Positions 41,117 to 64,000 of a DNA stretch of 64,000 nucleotides are shown here, one piece after another; position 1 is the stretch's first letter; every line of letters starts with the position of its first letter. The position numbers and the translations under genes were made by a program. Under the pieces are notes generated by a model that was not told the origin of the DNA, did not search any database, and saw nothing but the letters and a program-made list of their open reading frames with translations. This DNA comes from Amoebidium appalachense (taxonomy: Eukaryota > Protista > Ichthyosporea): positions 1,235,861 to 1,299,860 of the forward strand of contig CAVNZM010000018.1 in assembly GCA_963693365.1 (NCBI GenBank), read 5' to 3'.

Positions 41117-41572
41117 CAGGTTTTGGCTTCAACTTCTTACGTTGCATACGTGCGTGTTCTTTGCAAATATGCAATGTGTTGTAGTAGCCTGTCGTTGAAT
41201 TTGGTATTATACTCCGAACTTTTTCTCGATAAACCACCCCCCCCCCCCTCCCCCCCCCCCCCCCCCCTCAGGCACACACCCGCCGATGATAAATCATCCC
41301 CCCCCCCCCCCCCCCCCCCCCCCCCTGGCCCACCCTGGGCTATATGCAGGCACACACGCATAAACACACACACTCACACACACACACACACAAAATGTTC
41401 TGCTTGTGTCGTCTCACGCCTTTCTCCCCCCCCCCCCCCCCCCCCTCCTCCCACCCCGCGCCAATACACACACACACACAATGCATACACACCCCACCCC
41501 ACCCCACCCCACCCCTCTGAGTCTGTGTTTGTGTGCACTTGGTACATGTATAATCGGAGCACATTCTAATCC

Positions 41573-41608
<36 letters not shown>

Positions 41609-42169
41609 AACTCCCGACCACTTTCCCCCCATCTCCTCCACTCAGCAGACAATCACACTTCATAAAGGCACGCAAGCATCGCACACTGAGCAACTTGCAC
41701 ATTTTTTTATTTTTAATTTTATTTTATCCCGTTTTGTTCCCGGAGGGACCCCTTGGGCCCTCAGGGGGAACTACCGTCTTCCATCCAGCACCGACAGCAC
41801 TCTAGCTAGGGTCCTACACGGTGTGGTATTATTCGCCAAGCTAACACACCTTGAAACAATCCTAACTATTTGCACACACTTTGCCCAGGGTATTCACCCC
41901 AGCCACGCCGGTGGGTAGACGACTTGCACATGCTTTTTTTTTTTTTTTTTTTTTTTTTTCCAAAGTTTTTTTTTTCTGTTGCATGCGCATGCGCCTGCCT
42001 TGTTCACACATGTACACGGGGGAAATTCGGAGAGCCTACAGAACAGACAAGAGTTAACTTGTGTATTTATAGGCTCTGTGTCACCGCACTACGGAGTGTG
42101 GGTACCATGTGAAGGTGAAGTAGGTGTTTTTGTACTTGTCTGGCTGTGTCTGTGTTCTGTGCGTGTGCG

Positions 42170-42209
<40 letters not shown>

Positions 42210-43582
42210 GAGGTACCATATATTGGTCACGTAAACATTTTTTACGGTATTTAAAAACGCATAGCTACACAGCAGGCCGTGTGACAATAACTGCATTTAC
42301 ACCATGAACAATTTAAAGACAAAAAAAAAAAAAAAATCAACTGGGGAAATTTCTGCTGCATGCAAATGCTTGGCGTGGGTCGTCGCCAAGCATATTTCTG
42401 CCCAGATATTACATTGTTTGGTGTAGTCTCATTGAAACAACGTGCCGGCATATGCATATAATTTGACCCATCAACCCACCCACCCTACTAACATGCGCTG
42501 TATCACTACTAGCGGGTCACTATATGGGTATGCCCTACTATATGTACATACACCTGCACTGTCCACACCTGTTTGAACAACATAATCTTTGAGTCGACAA
42601 ACCAAAATGTCGTCGGGCAAGCAGCCGCTTAGGTTTCATAAGTTTCCTAGCTTGGGCTGATACCGTTTCTAAGGGAATCCCCCCCCCCCCCCCCCCCCCC
42701 CCCTCCCTCCCTCCCCCCTCCCCCCCCGGGCGCCGCCTTCTCCTCCTCCTCCCCTCCCACACCCGAGTTCTGGTCATGTGCTTGCTGCCTGTGCTTCTTT
42801 TTTAACTTCTGTATTTCAAAGTTCCCCCCCCCTCCCCCCCCCCAAAAAAAAAAAACTAAAAAAAAAAAAAAAAACTTTAAAAAACATGCACACTCACACA
42901 CACCGCGTGGAACATCCAGCCCCACCTCTCTGAGGCTATTTCCCCTCCTACCACCCCCTTACTCCATATCAAAATCCATCCTGGGTGGTCTAACCCCTCT
43001 CCCCCCCCCCCCCTCCCCCTCCCCCCCCTCCCCCCCCCCCCCCACACACATATACACATATTCCCCCCCTCCCCCCCTTTCACATCACCTCTCTCTCTCC
43101 CCAAAGCTCTCCCCTCTCTCTTGCTATAGAACTCCGCTTTCTGTATACGTAGGGCACTCTCTCCGGCTCTCTTTCTCTTTTTCTCTATCTCTCTCTCTCT
43201 TGTATTCACTCTCCACCCCCCCCCCCCCCCCCCCCCCTCTCTCGGGCCCTCCCCCCTACACACACACCACACCCTCTCTCCCCCCTTCCCCCCCCCCCCC
43301 CCCCCCCCCCCCCCCGTGGCAATTTTCTTTTTGGTGGTCCTACTATCACCCCAGCGGAGGCCCGCATCTAGCGGCTCCCCATAGTGCACCTCTCACCCCG
43401 GTGACGTCAGTACCCCGGCCCTACTACCCACGAAGCTCTTGTATGTTCTTTCGTAACATTTCATACAGCCTGAGCAGTGTTTCAACAAATCGCCTTACAA
43501 TTTCGTGCTCACCGACTATGGTGCATGCGCTCTTGTGTTTTATTGTGTGTGTGTAGCAAAGGGGGGGGAGGTGGGGGGGAGG

Positions 43583-43659
<77 letters not shown>

Positions 43660-43849
43660 ACAGTGTATGTGTGTGTTTGTGTGTGTGTGTGTGTGTACAT
43701 ACGTGTGTACATGTGTGTGTGTGTGTTGACAATAAATGTGCGTGTGTATGCGTGTGGGGTTGTTTGTGTTTGTGTGCTTGTGTGCGTTTGTGTGTGTGTG
43801 CGCGCGCGGGTGTGTGTGCGTGCGTGTGTACGTGTGCGTGTGCGTGTGC

Positions 43850-43923
<74 letters not shown>

Positions 43924-44201
43924 CAAGTAGCATTCAAATAGATGTGTGGAGCCGCTACTTGGGCATGTTTTCACCCCTTGGAATCATGTTTTAGTAGGGT
44001 TGAATGCGAATTGAAAGGAAAGGTGACAACGTAGTTCAAGTTTCAAGATGATCCCAAGGCATACAAGTGGCACTGCGCATGCATCCAACTTGGTGGATCC
44101 GGAGTAGTGCGTAGTGGTGGTAATTATTATAATGCCACCGTGGGCGCTAACACGTACTGACGTGTTGCCGCACGTGCGATGTTTTAACATCTACTCAGGC
44201 G

Positions 44202-44238
<37 letters not shown>

Positions 44239-44795
44239 AGACACCGCCTCAGTAGGTGGTAGCCGTGGGCGTGTTGTACAGCAGGAAATGCGTGTGTACG
44301 TGTCAGGTGTACTGCAGACGCAGCTGCAGTCGAGCTCAACTTTGTTGTTCGTAAATAGTCAGACGAATACAATACACACATTCCGCTTGGGGATATAAAT
44401 GATAAATTTATAAGGCAAAGCTGCTATCATGCGTTTTTTCAGACGTATATTATTTTATACATATATACATTAGGGGGGGGAGGGAGGGGGGGGGGGAAGG
44501 GAGGGAGGAGCCGGGCCGCCGGCCGCGGGTACAGGCGACGTCACGCCGGCGTGGCCGATCATTATCATCGTAGATCCACAGGGTGACACCACATACCTTT
44601 ATTCTGTGATGCGTCGGCGCCAAAATCAAGATTAGAAACTTTTTCTGAATGGTTAGTAGATACTATTCATTTCCCGCCCCCCCTCTTGTGCTCTTTTGAT
44701 AACAGGAACACTGCATAGCCCCTAGGTAGGGAAAAACTAGGTAAACACAAGTCGCCCCGGGCGGCCCGGCAGGCTATTTACACTGACACATCGAT

Positions 44796-44870
44796 TTGAT
44801 TGGTGTTCATGAGATCCTCTTTTATGATTGGCTCATTTTTCCTATGCCGGCGATGCGTACTCAGCCAATT
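44796..44870. promoter_or_regulatory. CCAAT-box cluster upstream of the DEP gene
   Basis: tgattggt, tgattggc and agccaat occur within 75 bp, ~750 bp upstream of ATG 45594. Confidence 0.35.
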
Positions 44871-45593
44871 AGCTCCAAGGAGGTCTCACTAAACAAGATT
44901 GTGGATAATTTGGTTTCAAATACAAATTTTCAATTTTTGTTCAACTCCATAGTAACATACGCAATTATTACTGTACCTTATTCATTTTACAACAACTAGT
45001 AAACTAAAAAGAAGAAATAACATTCACGGATTATTTTGATTTTGGGGGGGCAATACATGTGTGGCATTTTACGCGGTAAAGGTTTAGATATAGTTTACGA
45101 CAACATAATTTTACTGCTCATTTTGTTTGAGATAACAAAACTAAAAATTTAAAACTTTGAAATTTAACTTGTTGGGGAGACACCATCAGCCCCTGCAGTG
45201 ACGAGCGTAGCCTCACGAGCGCCACAAGTGAGCAACCCACTCACACAGTCTTTCAGAGGGCAAAGGAAAACGGGGAAACATGTAGTTGTGTTTTTCTGTG
45301 TGATTTTCTTAGAAAGACGGCGGAGTTTATTTCTTTGAGTTTTTTTCTTAGCTGGAGGGTAGTGTTCAAAACACACCTCTTTGTGCCATCACAGTTCACG
45401 CACTCTAGTTATCTGCAGGTATAATAGACAAAACACGCTCTGAAACGCAAAAAAAGGCAAGATTAGTATAGCTGGGGTTTTCATCGTTGAACCAAAACGC
45501 CATTTTAACTTCCCCTCAGTCATTCTAAACGTTTTCAAAGCTTAATCCTTTGCTTGCAATTGCCATTTAAACATTTTTTCAAACATCACAAAT

Positions 45594-46802
45594 ATGGCTT
45601 CCTCTGTAGGGTTCGAATCATACCCGCACATCCCCCTCCGAAAGTCCACATCCACCCAGTTCGAACCGACACCACGCAAACTGTCTCTCTCCCAGCTCGA
45701 TGTTCTCAACATCTCTTCCGGTCGCAGACTTCCGTCTTTCGCAGAGGCAGGATCATCAACGAGAAGGCAATCGACCGCGGGGAATGATTCCACCACAAGC
45801 AGCCCAGCAACGGTCAGAAAGCCAAGCGGGCCAGCAGATTCGTTTTGGGCTGTCACATTCTTCACCGACATGCTTTTCAAGATGGAACGAGAATTGCCTT
45901 TGGAGGAGAAATCGGTGAAGATTGGACACGGGCCTCTCGGAAAGAGAGCCAAGTGCGCGAGATGTTGCGCCGGATCGAAAATCGTCGACTTTCTGGTGTG
46001 CTATTTGGAGGAGAATGGGTGGGAGAAGGGATCGGTTCAGAGGGAGAAGGCGGTGGCGTTAGCGGGGAAACTCGTGTATATGGGCCACTTGAAGGTGGCG
46101 GGGAAGGAAGGGGAACCGGTCAGCGATCACAAATTCTGCGATGGGAAGACCCTTTACGCCCTCAAGGTTCCATCTGTCGATTCCCAGCCCTCATCTCAAA
46201 CAACATCTACAGACAGTCTTGCAATGTCTGAGCCGGAAACCACCACCCCGCCTACCTTCCCTCTGAGGAACAGCAACTCAGCTGGGGTTTCCGCGCAAGC
46301 TTTTGCAGCGAACAAGAGAAGGGGGAGCCTGCCTGAGATCATGACGTATAATATTGGTAGCGGCAGCGGTGTCATGAACATGGCGAGACTCGAGCGTCAC
46401 ATTGCCCACGCCGAAGCCGAGCATGAGCATGCACATGCGCACAGCCCGTTCATGAGCCCCACAGCGGGTAGGCAACCAGTAGGAAATGGGCAACCATCTC
46501 ATGTTCCACGGGAGCAGATGAAAGAGAGATGCAAGTCTGTTAGCCAGATCGTCCCCCCCTCGCATTCGGAATTGCAGGCACATTTGGCGGCGGCGGCGGC
46601 GGCTGGGCTGGGCGGGGACTCGGGTGCGCTTCTTAGGAGGAAGGCACAGGGAAGGAGGATGAGGGCGTCGATAACGAGCGAAGAGGCGGCGAGGGATCTG
46701 TTTGCGCCTTTGGTTGCAGAGATGATGAGTGGGGAGGAGGAGGAGATGGGGGTGGGGGTGGGGGTGGGGACGGGGGTGGAGGAGTGTATCGAGGAGAAGT
46801 AG
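45594..46802 (+). CDS. Intronless 402-aa DEP-domain protein with disordered flanks
   Basis: Long repeat-free ORF; CAGSKIVDFLV...REKAVALAGKLVYMGHLKV...HKFCDGKTLYAL fits the DEP pattern (G..xVDWL...R.EAV.L...L...G.I......F.D...Y.F). Confidence 0.8.
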   Translation: MASSVGFESYPHIPLRKSTSTQFEPTPRKLSLSQLDVLNISSGRRLPSFAEAGSSTRRQSTAGNDSTTSSPATVRKPSGPADSFWAVTFFTDMLFKMERELPLEEKSVKIGHGPLGKRAKCARCCAGSKIVDFLVCYLEENGWEKGSVQREKAVALAGKLVYMGHLKVAGKEGEPVSDHKFCDGKTLYALKVPSVDSQPSSQTTSTDSLAMSEPETTTPPTFPLRNSNSAGVSAQAFAANKRRGSLPEIMTYNIGSGSGVMNMARLERHIAHAEAEHEHAHAHSPFMSPTAGRQPVGNGQPSHVPREQMKERCKSVSQIVPPSHSELQAHLAAAAAAGLGGDSGALLRRKAQGRRMRASITSEEAARDLFAPLVAEMMSGEEEEMGVGVGVGTGVEECIEEK

Positions 46803-46882
46803 AGGAGGAGGGTTGTTCGGGGATGGGTGGGGAGGGGGGAGGGGGGGGGGGGGGGGGGGGGGAGGGGGTGAAAGGGGAGAGG

Positions 46883-46913
<31 letters not shown>

Positions 46914-48795
46914 AAGGGCTGGAATGTGATTGTGTAAGCGAAGAGTGAAGAGAGAAAATTTCGTAGGTGTGCATATGGGGCCTCCGGGGGAGAGATGCAC
47001 GGATGGAGTGTTGAGTAAATGTAGCTGACAAATGATTTGCAGTGTGTGTGCGTGGGGGGGGGGGGGGGGGGGAATCGTTGCTAAAAATGAAAAGAACTGT
47101 ATCTGCTGATGCTACGGATTTGAGAGGGGAGGGGGGAGAGAGGGGGGAGGGGGAGAGAGAGGGGGAGAGAGAGGTAGAGCAATAACTTACGGGGTTTTAT
47201 TGAAAATTTTGGCTGTGTGTACATGTTTGCAAAACGTTATTACATTTTAACTGCCAGCTTTGATGAATGATTTTCCTTCTTTGTTTTTACCGGTTTTTAG
47301 TAGGGTCTTGTGGCAATTCTACACGATTGATGTTTTGTGGGTATCAGATACATCTCAGAGAAAACCAAAACAAAAATACCCAGTGGCAAGCATAAATCTA
47401 AAATGTAATATACTAATATTAACATTTTAATATTAGTACTATGAGACATGATGGACTCGACGTTAATATCACATTTCAAGTTATAGCCCGGAGATGTAAG
47501 TTTCGAGAATAATCTTTACCCAGGTGGGTATGTTGTAAATAGCGCAGGGTCACTCTGAGGTTACCCGGTTGTACCGGATCGTGATTGCGACCCCTTGTAT
47601 GTATATCTCTTTATATCACACTTTATATCACACTTTATATCACTTCAAATCAAATTTTCCGATGGCTTGATTGTTTTGTGTGTGCATCGCATGTTGCGGT
47701 AAGAAAGCGTTGGGATGGAATCGGGTGCACTCAGACTCTTGCATTCAGTGTACTGAAACATTAATTAGTGTCTATGAATTGTGCTCTTGTAATCGAGCTT
47801 ATCATCGTGCATGGTTTATTTCATATATCATAGGGACTATAGGTATCGGTTCAACCCCATGTGCTCACATCGATTACGCTGCCTTACAGTGTCCTTCATA
47901 ACCTAACCCATTCATATATCTGTTGCGTTTCATAGTATATCCATCCAGTCCTCTCACACATGCATGTGCTGATGTTTTCTGTGAGGTTAAAGGGGGTTGG
48001 TTCCTTTTATGGTTCCGAATCGGGTCAGACCCGAATCATTATGGTCCTATGCCGTATAATTGGCGTGACACACACCTGTTTGGCCCGAAAGAAATCATTC
48101 TTTAATGTCACCATGGTTGTTGTTTATTAAGAGTTTCAAGAGTTGTTATTTTCGGTTAAATGATAGTCAGTGCATGTGCTATGTGAGATTCGTGTTAAAA
48201 TTCGCTGAAAAGTTCTGAAAAATTGGGGGGATACGAACTGTTCGCCCCAGTTTATCACCCACCTATCTACACGCCAAATATATCACCTCATGAGTATCTC
48301 TACACAGTGATATAACACCCATATATATGGCTACACGTTTCATATATTATCCATCTGCATTCTTAATATATCACCCATCTACACTATGATACGGTACATC
48401 CGATCACTGATTACGTAACTTCATCAAATTTACCATCCTCATATCACGCACTATCTATACAATTCAATACAGTATATTCACCATCTGTCTACACGGCATG
48501 ATATCATATCCCCTATACGTATATCTACCAACCCCCCTTCACACATCTATCTACACTGCACGTACTGTGTACAACCGCGTGTGTGCTTTAGATTCTAAGT
48601 AAATAAAGCACTGCACACGCACTTACCTCCGAGGCTCCGTATTAGATGTCAACATCTTTATTAACTAATCCAACCCCATCGGCGGCGGGTAATAATTATC
48701 AGAGACAAATTTTTGGTTGCTTTGGGCCTCCCCCCCCCCTCCACCCCCTTCCCCCTCTCCCCCCCCCCCCCTCCCCCCCCCCCCCCCCCTCCACC

Positions 48796-48879
<84 letters not shown>

Positions 48880-49157
48880 CCTCGACATCGTCGCCGCTCA
48901 GTTCTAAATATCGATTTGCTTTTTTTTTTTTTAATTATATACCATATCGTTTTGCCTAAATATGGGCACGGCTCTTTTTTAGTCATTTGCCACATATGTC
49001 GCGTGTATCAGGTGTGGGCGACTGCACGTTCTTCGAAGGTGTAATCGGGTTGAGGGTCATGTTATGACACTGAGAGGCATAACTGAATCTTTAAGTGTAT
49101 TATCACTGGGTATCTCGAGCTCGGTCTTCATTCGGGGTCCTTCCGGAATCCGACTAT

Positions 49158-49207
<50 letters not shown>

Positions 49208-49278
49208 TGTGTGCACGTGTGTGTGTGTGCGTGCGGAATCCGACTATCGCGCGCGTGCGCACGGACGAGTGTGTGTGT

Positions 49279-49309
<31 letters not shown>

Positions 49310-49435
49310 TATACCGTGTCTTCGTGTGTGAGCGCACCCGTATGCATGTGATGTGTGTATTCTTAGGTCGACGCTGGGGAGGTAGACGTGGAAGCGGGCG
49401 GTTGGGTTGTGCTCTGGGAGGGTGTATATTCGTGT

Positions 49436-49484
<49 letters not shown>

Positions 49485-50475
49485 GGGGGAGAAGAGAGAG
49501 AGGGATACATCGAGGGAGGGGGGGGGGATGCAAGAAAAGTGCTGACTTACGGCAAAAGTCCCTACTATTCTCGCCTGACTAGCAGAGTGTACACACTACA
49601 ACTAACACGTACCTGGGCACACATGCATATGAATGAGAGTATGCGTGGGTGATCATTCCACTAAACTAACAGACATAAACACGTGCAGAGTGGTGCTGGG
49701 CAATGCACGATGCCACAGCACTAACAGAGAGGGTAGTGTGGAGAGGTAGAAACACAGTTGCATGCTCTGTCAATCTACGTCTAATTTATTTTGCTCGATT
49801 CTCACTTATTTATCTGCCGCAGGCAGATTCCATGAATACAGATCTATGCAAAGGTATTTGCGCATCTGATTGGCAAATACTATGAATACTATAAATCTGA
49901 CCAATCATATAACGACACGTACATGAACGGAAATCAAACTGCATTCCCCTCATACGGTCCAACCGCAGACAAAACACCCGACTACACAGAAAACATGAAA
50001 AGCATGCACAACAATCGTCGGATGCGTGCTTTCCTCTCGCTATCGCCAATAGCTAAACAAACTATGAATACCACACGTGCCTAATGAATAACAGAGGGCA
50101 AACAAGAGCATGCCGGACATGCTTATGAAATAAAGGGAGATAAAGCACAAATAAACGATCGTACCTAACTATGTATGCTATGTGCTCGTGCAACCTGTGT
50201 AAACCAAAGATGTGCAACTAATGAAGAATCGTGCTGTGCACGTGCACGTGCGTGCGAAATGCATATGCCAACTCGTGCACTATTGTTGTATATTCTGGCA
50301 GGGGAGAGTGAGGGGGAGGGACGGTTACGTGCCAGTGTTTGCATTGGGAACTGGGGGAGTGGCGGAGGTTTATTTTTGTAGGGCCGATGCATGTGTGTGT
50401 GTAGGGAGGGGGCAGGGGGGGGAAGGGGGGGGGGGGGGGGGGGAGGGGGCGCAGGGTGAGGGGGGAGGATGGTGG

Positions 50476-50530
<55 letters not shown>

Positions 50531-50799
50531 AGGGTGGGGGGGAGGAGGGAGAGAGGGGGGGGGGGGGGGGAGGAGAGGGAGGTTACACCACGGCGGGTGC
50601 CCGATGTAGCAAGGGTGTAATGTGTTTCATTTGTTTTGTGTGTGTGTTGCGTTGCACGATTTGAGGGTGGTGTGGTGCAAGTGAATGGGATGGGTGAATA
50701 GTGTGGGCAGAGTCGGTACGTGGACCTGCACATGTGTGTGTGTGTGTGTGTGTGCGTGTGCACGTGTATGTGTGTGTGCGCACGTGTGTGTGTGTGTGT

Positions 50800-50832
<33 letters not shown>

Positions 50833-51099
50833 TGTGAGTGTGTGTGTGTGTGTGCATGTGTGTCGTTCCTGTATGCCCATGTGCATGTGTGCATGTCCCT
50901 CTCTCTCTCTCTCTCTCTGTGTATGGGGCATGTGTTCTCGCACGTCACGTGTGCATGTGTGCGTGCCTGAGTGTGTATGTGCAAGGGCGCAGTGTGTGCG
51001 CCAGTCGACAAGCAAATGTGTGCATGCATGTGAACATACATGCACCCACGTACACACGTGTGGGTAACTGGGGCGCCGGGGGGGGGGGGGGGGGGGGGG

Positions 51100-51146
<47 letters not shown>

Positions 51147-51547
51147 GTGGGGAGGGGAGGGGGGGAGGGGGGGGGGAGGGGGGGGGGGGGGGGAGGGAGA
51201 ATTTGAGAGAGAGAGAGACGGGCTACTCGATCTTGTTCACAGATCTTTATTGATCATGGGCCTAACTTGCCTGGCAAAGAAAAAGCATTCATGAGTCAGG
51301 CTAGTGTTAAATATTACCAACCTATTTCCAAGCTAAGGTAAGGAAAAGGATGAAAATGGCAACAAAAACAAAGTACAAACATTCTCCAAGAAAGTAGGCG
51401 TAGTTAACATTCATTGAAGAAAGGATAGAATAACAACAAGGTGGCCCTTATAACACACGATGAGTTTTAACGTGGAAAAAAGTGTGTTTCACCTGCTTTT
51501 CTGCCCCCCCCCCCCCCCCCCCCCCCCCAGCCGCTCCCCCCCCCCCC

Positions 51548-51578
<31 letters not shown>

Positions 51579-52040
51579 GTCTGCAAATTAGTGTGCGCTA
51601 AGATGTTTTAATAAAATAGGGTGGAAACAGACTTCATGCCATTCGAAGAGTACATTCTTGCTTAGTTCAAGAAAAACGATGATTAAAAGAACAGGGTGGA
51701 TCTACTACCAAATAAGGAAGTTCCAACATTGGTAATTGGCCAATCGTTTGTTGTTTCATTGTCCATACTAGGAAATGGAATGTGATGATTCATGCATCAA
51801 CACCCCCAATTTAGACATACCAAATCGCTTCAAGATCCTTAAATCGAACAATCGGGTTGCCCAAAACGGGCATAAAAAGTTTAGGAAATCGTGAAAATTA
51901 GGAAAAAAAGGACTGGTACACATTCAAATCGGAGAAGGAAGCAAAAAAGGAGTATCAAAACGAAATACAAAAAAAAGTTGATACACGGGAATCATGCGCA
52001 TTTTAAAAAAAAATCACCTGCCGCACCTCTGCCCCCCCCC

Positions 52041-52071
<31 letters not shown>

Positions 52072-52254
52072 ACACACGCACACACCCGAGTGTCTGTGAA
52101 TGAAACGGGGGGGGGGGGGGGGGGGGGGAGGGGGAGGGGGGGGGGGGGGGGGGGGAGAAGTCTATGAACGAGGGGGACAGGGGAGGAAGGGAAATGGAGG
52201 GGGGGGGGGGGGGGGGGAAGGGAAGGGGGGAGCAGGAGGTCTATGGCGGGTGTG

Positions 52255-63078
<10,824 letters not shown>

Positions 63079-63111
63079 CTGGGGGGAGAAAAAAGAGGCG
63101 TCAGGGCAAAA

Positions 63112-63162
<51 letters not shown>

Positions 63163-63416
63163 AGGGCAATAACAATAAACAATAATATTAAAAATAAGAA
63201 TAGTTACAAAAAAAAAAAAAGGGGGGGGGGGGGGGGGGGGGGATCGTAGACTTAAACTCACATATCAACCGTTATTAAGCGTGTAGGGTTTTGAAGCATG
63301 GAAGCGGGAAAGGGGGGGGGGAGGGGGGGGGGGGAGACATCCACTCATGCCCCCCCCTCCCCCCCCCCCCTCCCCCCCCCCCCCCCCCCCCCCCCCCAAA
63401 AAAACCTGGGTTCCTA

Positions 63417-63853
63417 TGGGGTGGAAAGGAACAAAATAGAAATCTACCACTTATTTAGCGCGTTCCTATTGGTCAACGGCATAGCAGCCAATGTGCTCGT
63501 GATCATGATCAATTATGGCGTACGTATATATGACGGCGGCTTAGTCAAAAGTTGGCCTTGGAGCTGCTATCGAGGTTACACACTATTCGAACGTAATTTG
63601 AAGTACATAAAGCCATTTTCCAAATAGTAAACAGGGTTGGGTGCCTCAGAATGAATTTTTTTGTAGTGCCTTGTAGATAGCGCAATGGGCAAATCTGGCC
63701 CGGCGCTAGCGCTGAGCTAGGATTGACAATTCATCATAGCGGCCGCCGCCGGCCAATCAGTCAGCCAGCCTCCTTGATTCAATCTGGTCAAATCAACCAA
63801 TCACGTAACTCTAAAAAAGTGGTAGCGTTTCTGTTTTGTTCCTTTCCACCCCA
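63417..63853. mobile_element. MITE (~437 bp) with ~42-bp terminal inverted repeats and a TA target-site duplication (Tc1/mariner-type)
   Basis: Left tggggtggaaaggaacaaaatagaaatctaccacttatttag versus reverse complement of the right end tggggtggaaaggaacaaaacagaaacgctaccacttttttag; TA at 63415-16 and 63854-55. Confidence 0.8.
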
Positions 63854-63905
63854 TAGTCATTTCCCCCCCCCAGCTTTTTTCTCTGTCGACCGTTTAGGTC
63901 AACGG

Positions 63906-63948
<43 letters not shown>

Positions 63949-64000
63949 AACAAAAAAAAAAAGGAAGAAAAAAAACAAAACATGCCTCTCTTTCCGTCAA

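Noticed and set aside
39996-44400. Additional gene in 40-44 kb or 47-51 kb
   Set aside because: No phase-consistent exon chain or recognisable motif was found by eye; a gene or lncRNA cannot be excluded.
44510-44770. Possible MITE bounded by the 11-bp inverted repeat gccgggccgcc
   Set aside because: Short GC-rich match with no clear target-site duplication.

Overview
Eukaryotic genomic DNA with GT-AG spliceosomal introns, saturated with C/G homopolymers and (CA)n/(GA)n microsatellites, so almost all ORFs in the supplied track are spurious. Splicing exons by hand gives seven protein genes: the 3' part of a trypsin-EGF-(GPI-like tail) protease (+), a 6-exon TLC-like membrane protein (-), a secreted Thr-rich protein with a frameshift (+), a ~15-exon FxFG nucleoporin with a Nup153/Nup1-type C-terminus and a hydrophobic N-terminus (-), a small unknown ORF (+), an intronless DEP-domain protein (+), and the 3' part of a germ cell-less (GMCL1) BTB-BACK homologue (-). 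The most unusual signal is a non-coding ~430-nt dispersed repeat with about 15 copies or fragments in at least two subfamilies. One end is fixed against a C/G homopolymer and the other is variably truncated. Some insertions run past one full unit, and the core stems show compensatory base changes. This suggests a poly(G)-primed, possibly circular, structured-RNA retroelement. Also present: many 3' splice sites made of (AC)n instead of a polypyrimidine tract, recurrent intronic echoes of exon ends and donor sites, two MITE-like elements, a perfect 36-bp hairpin and a 3-kb G-rich minisatellite. Gene content suggests an opisthokont, possibly holozoan, source (inference only).
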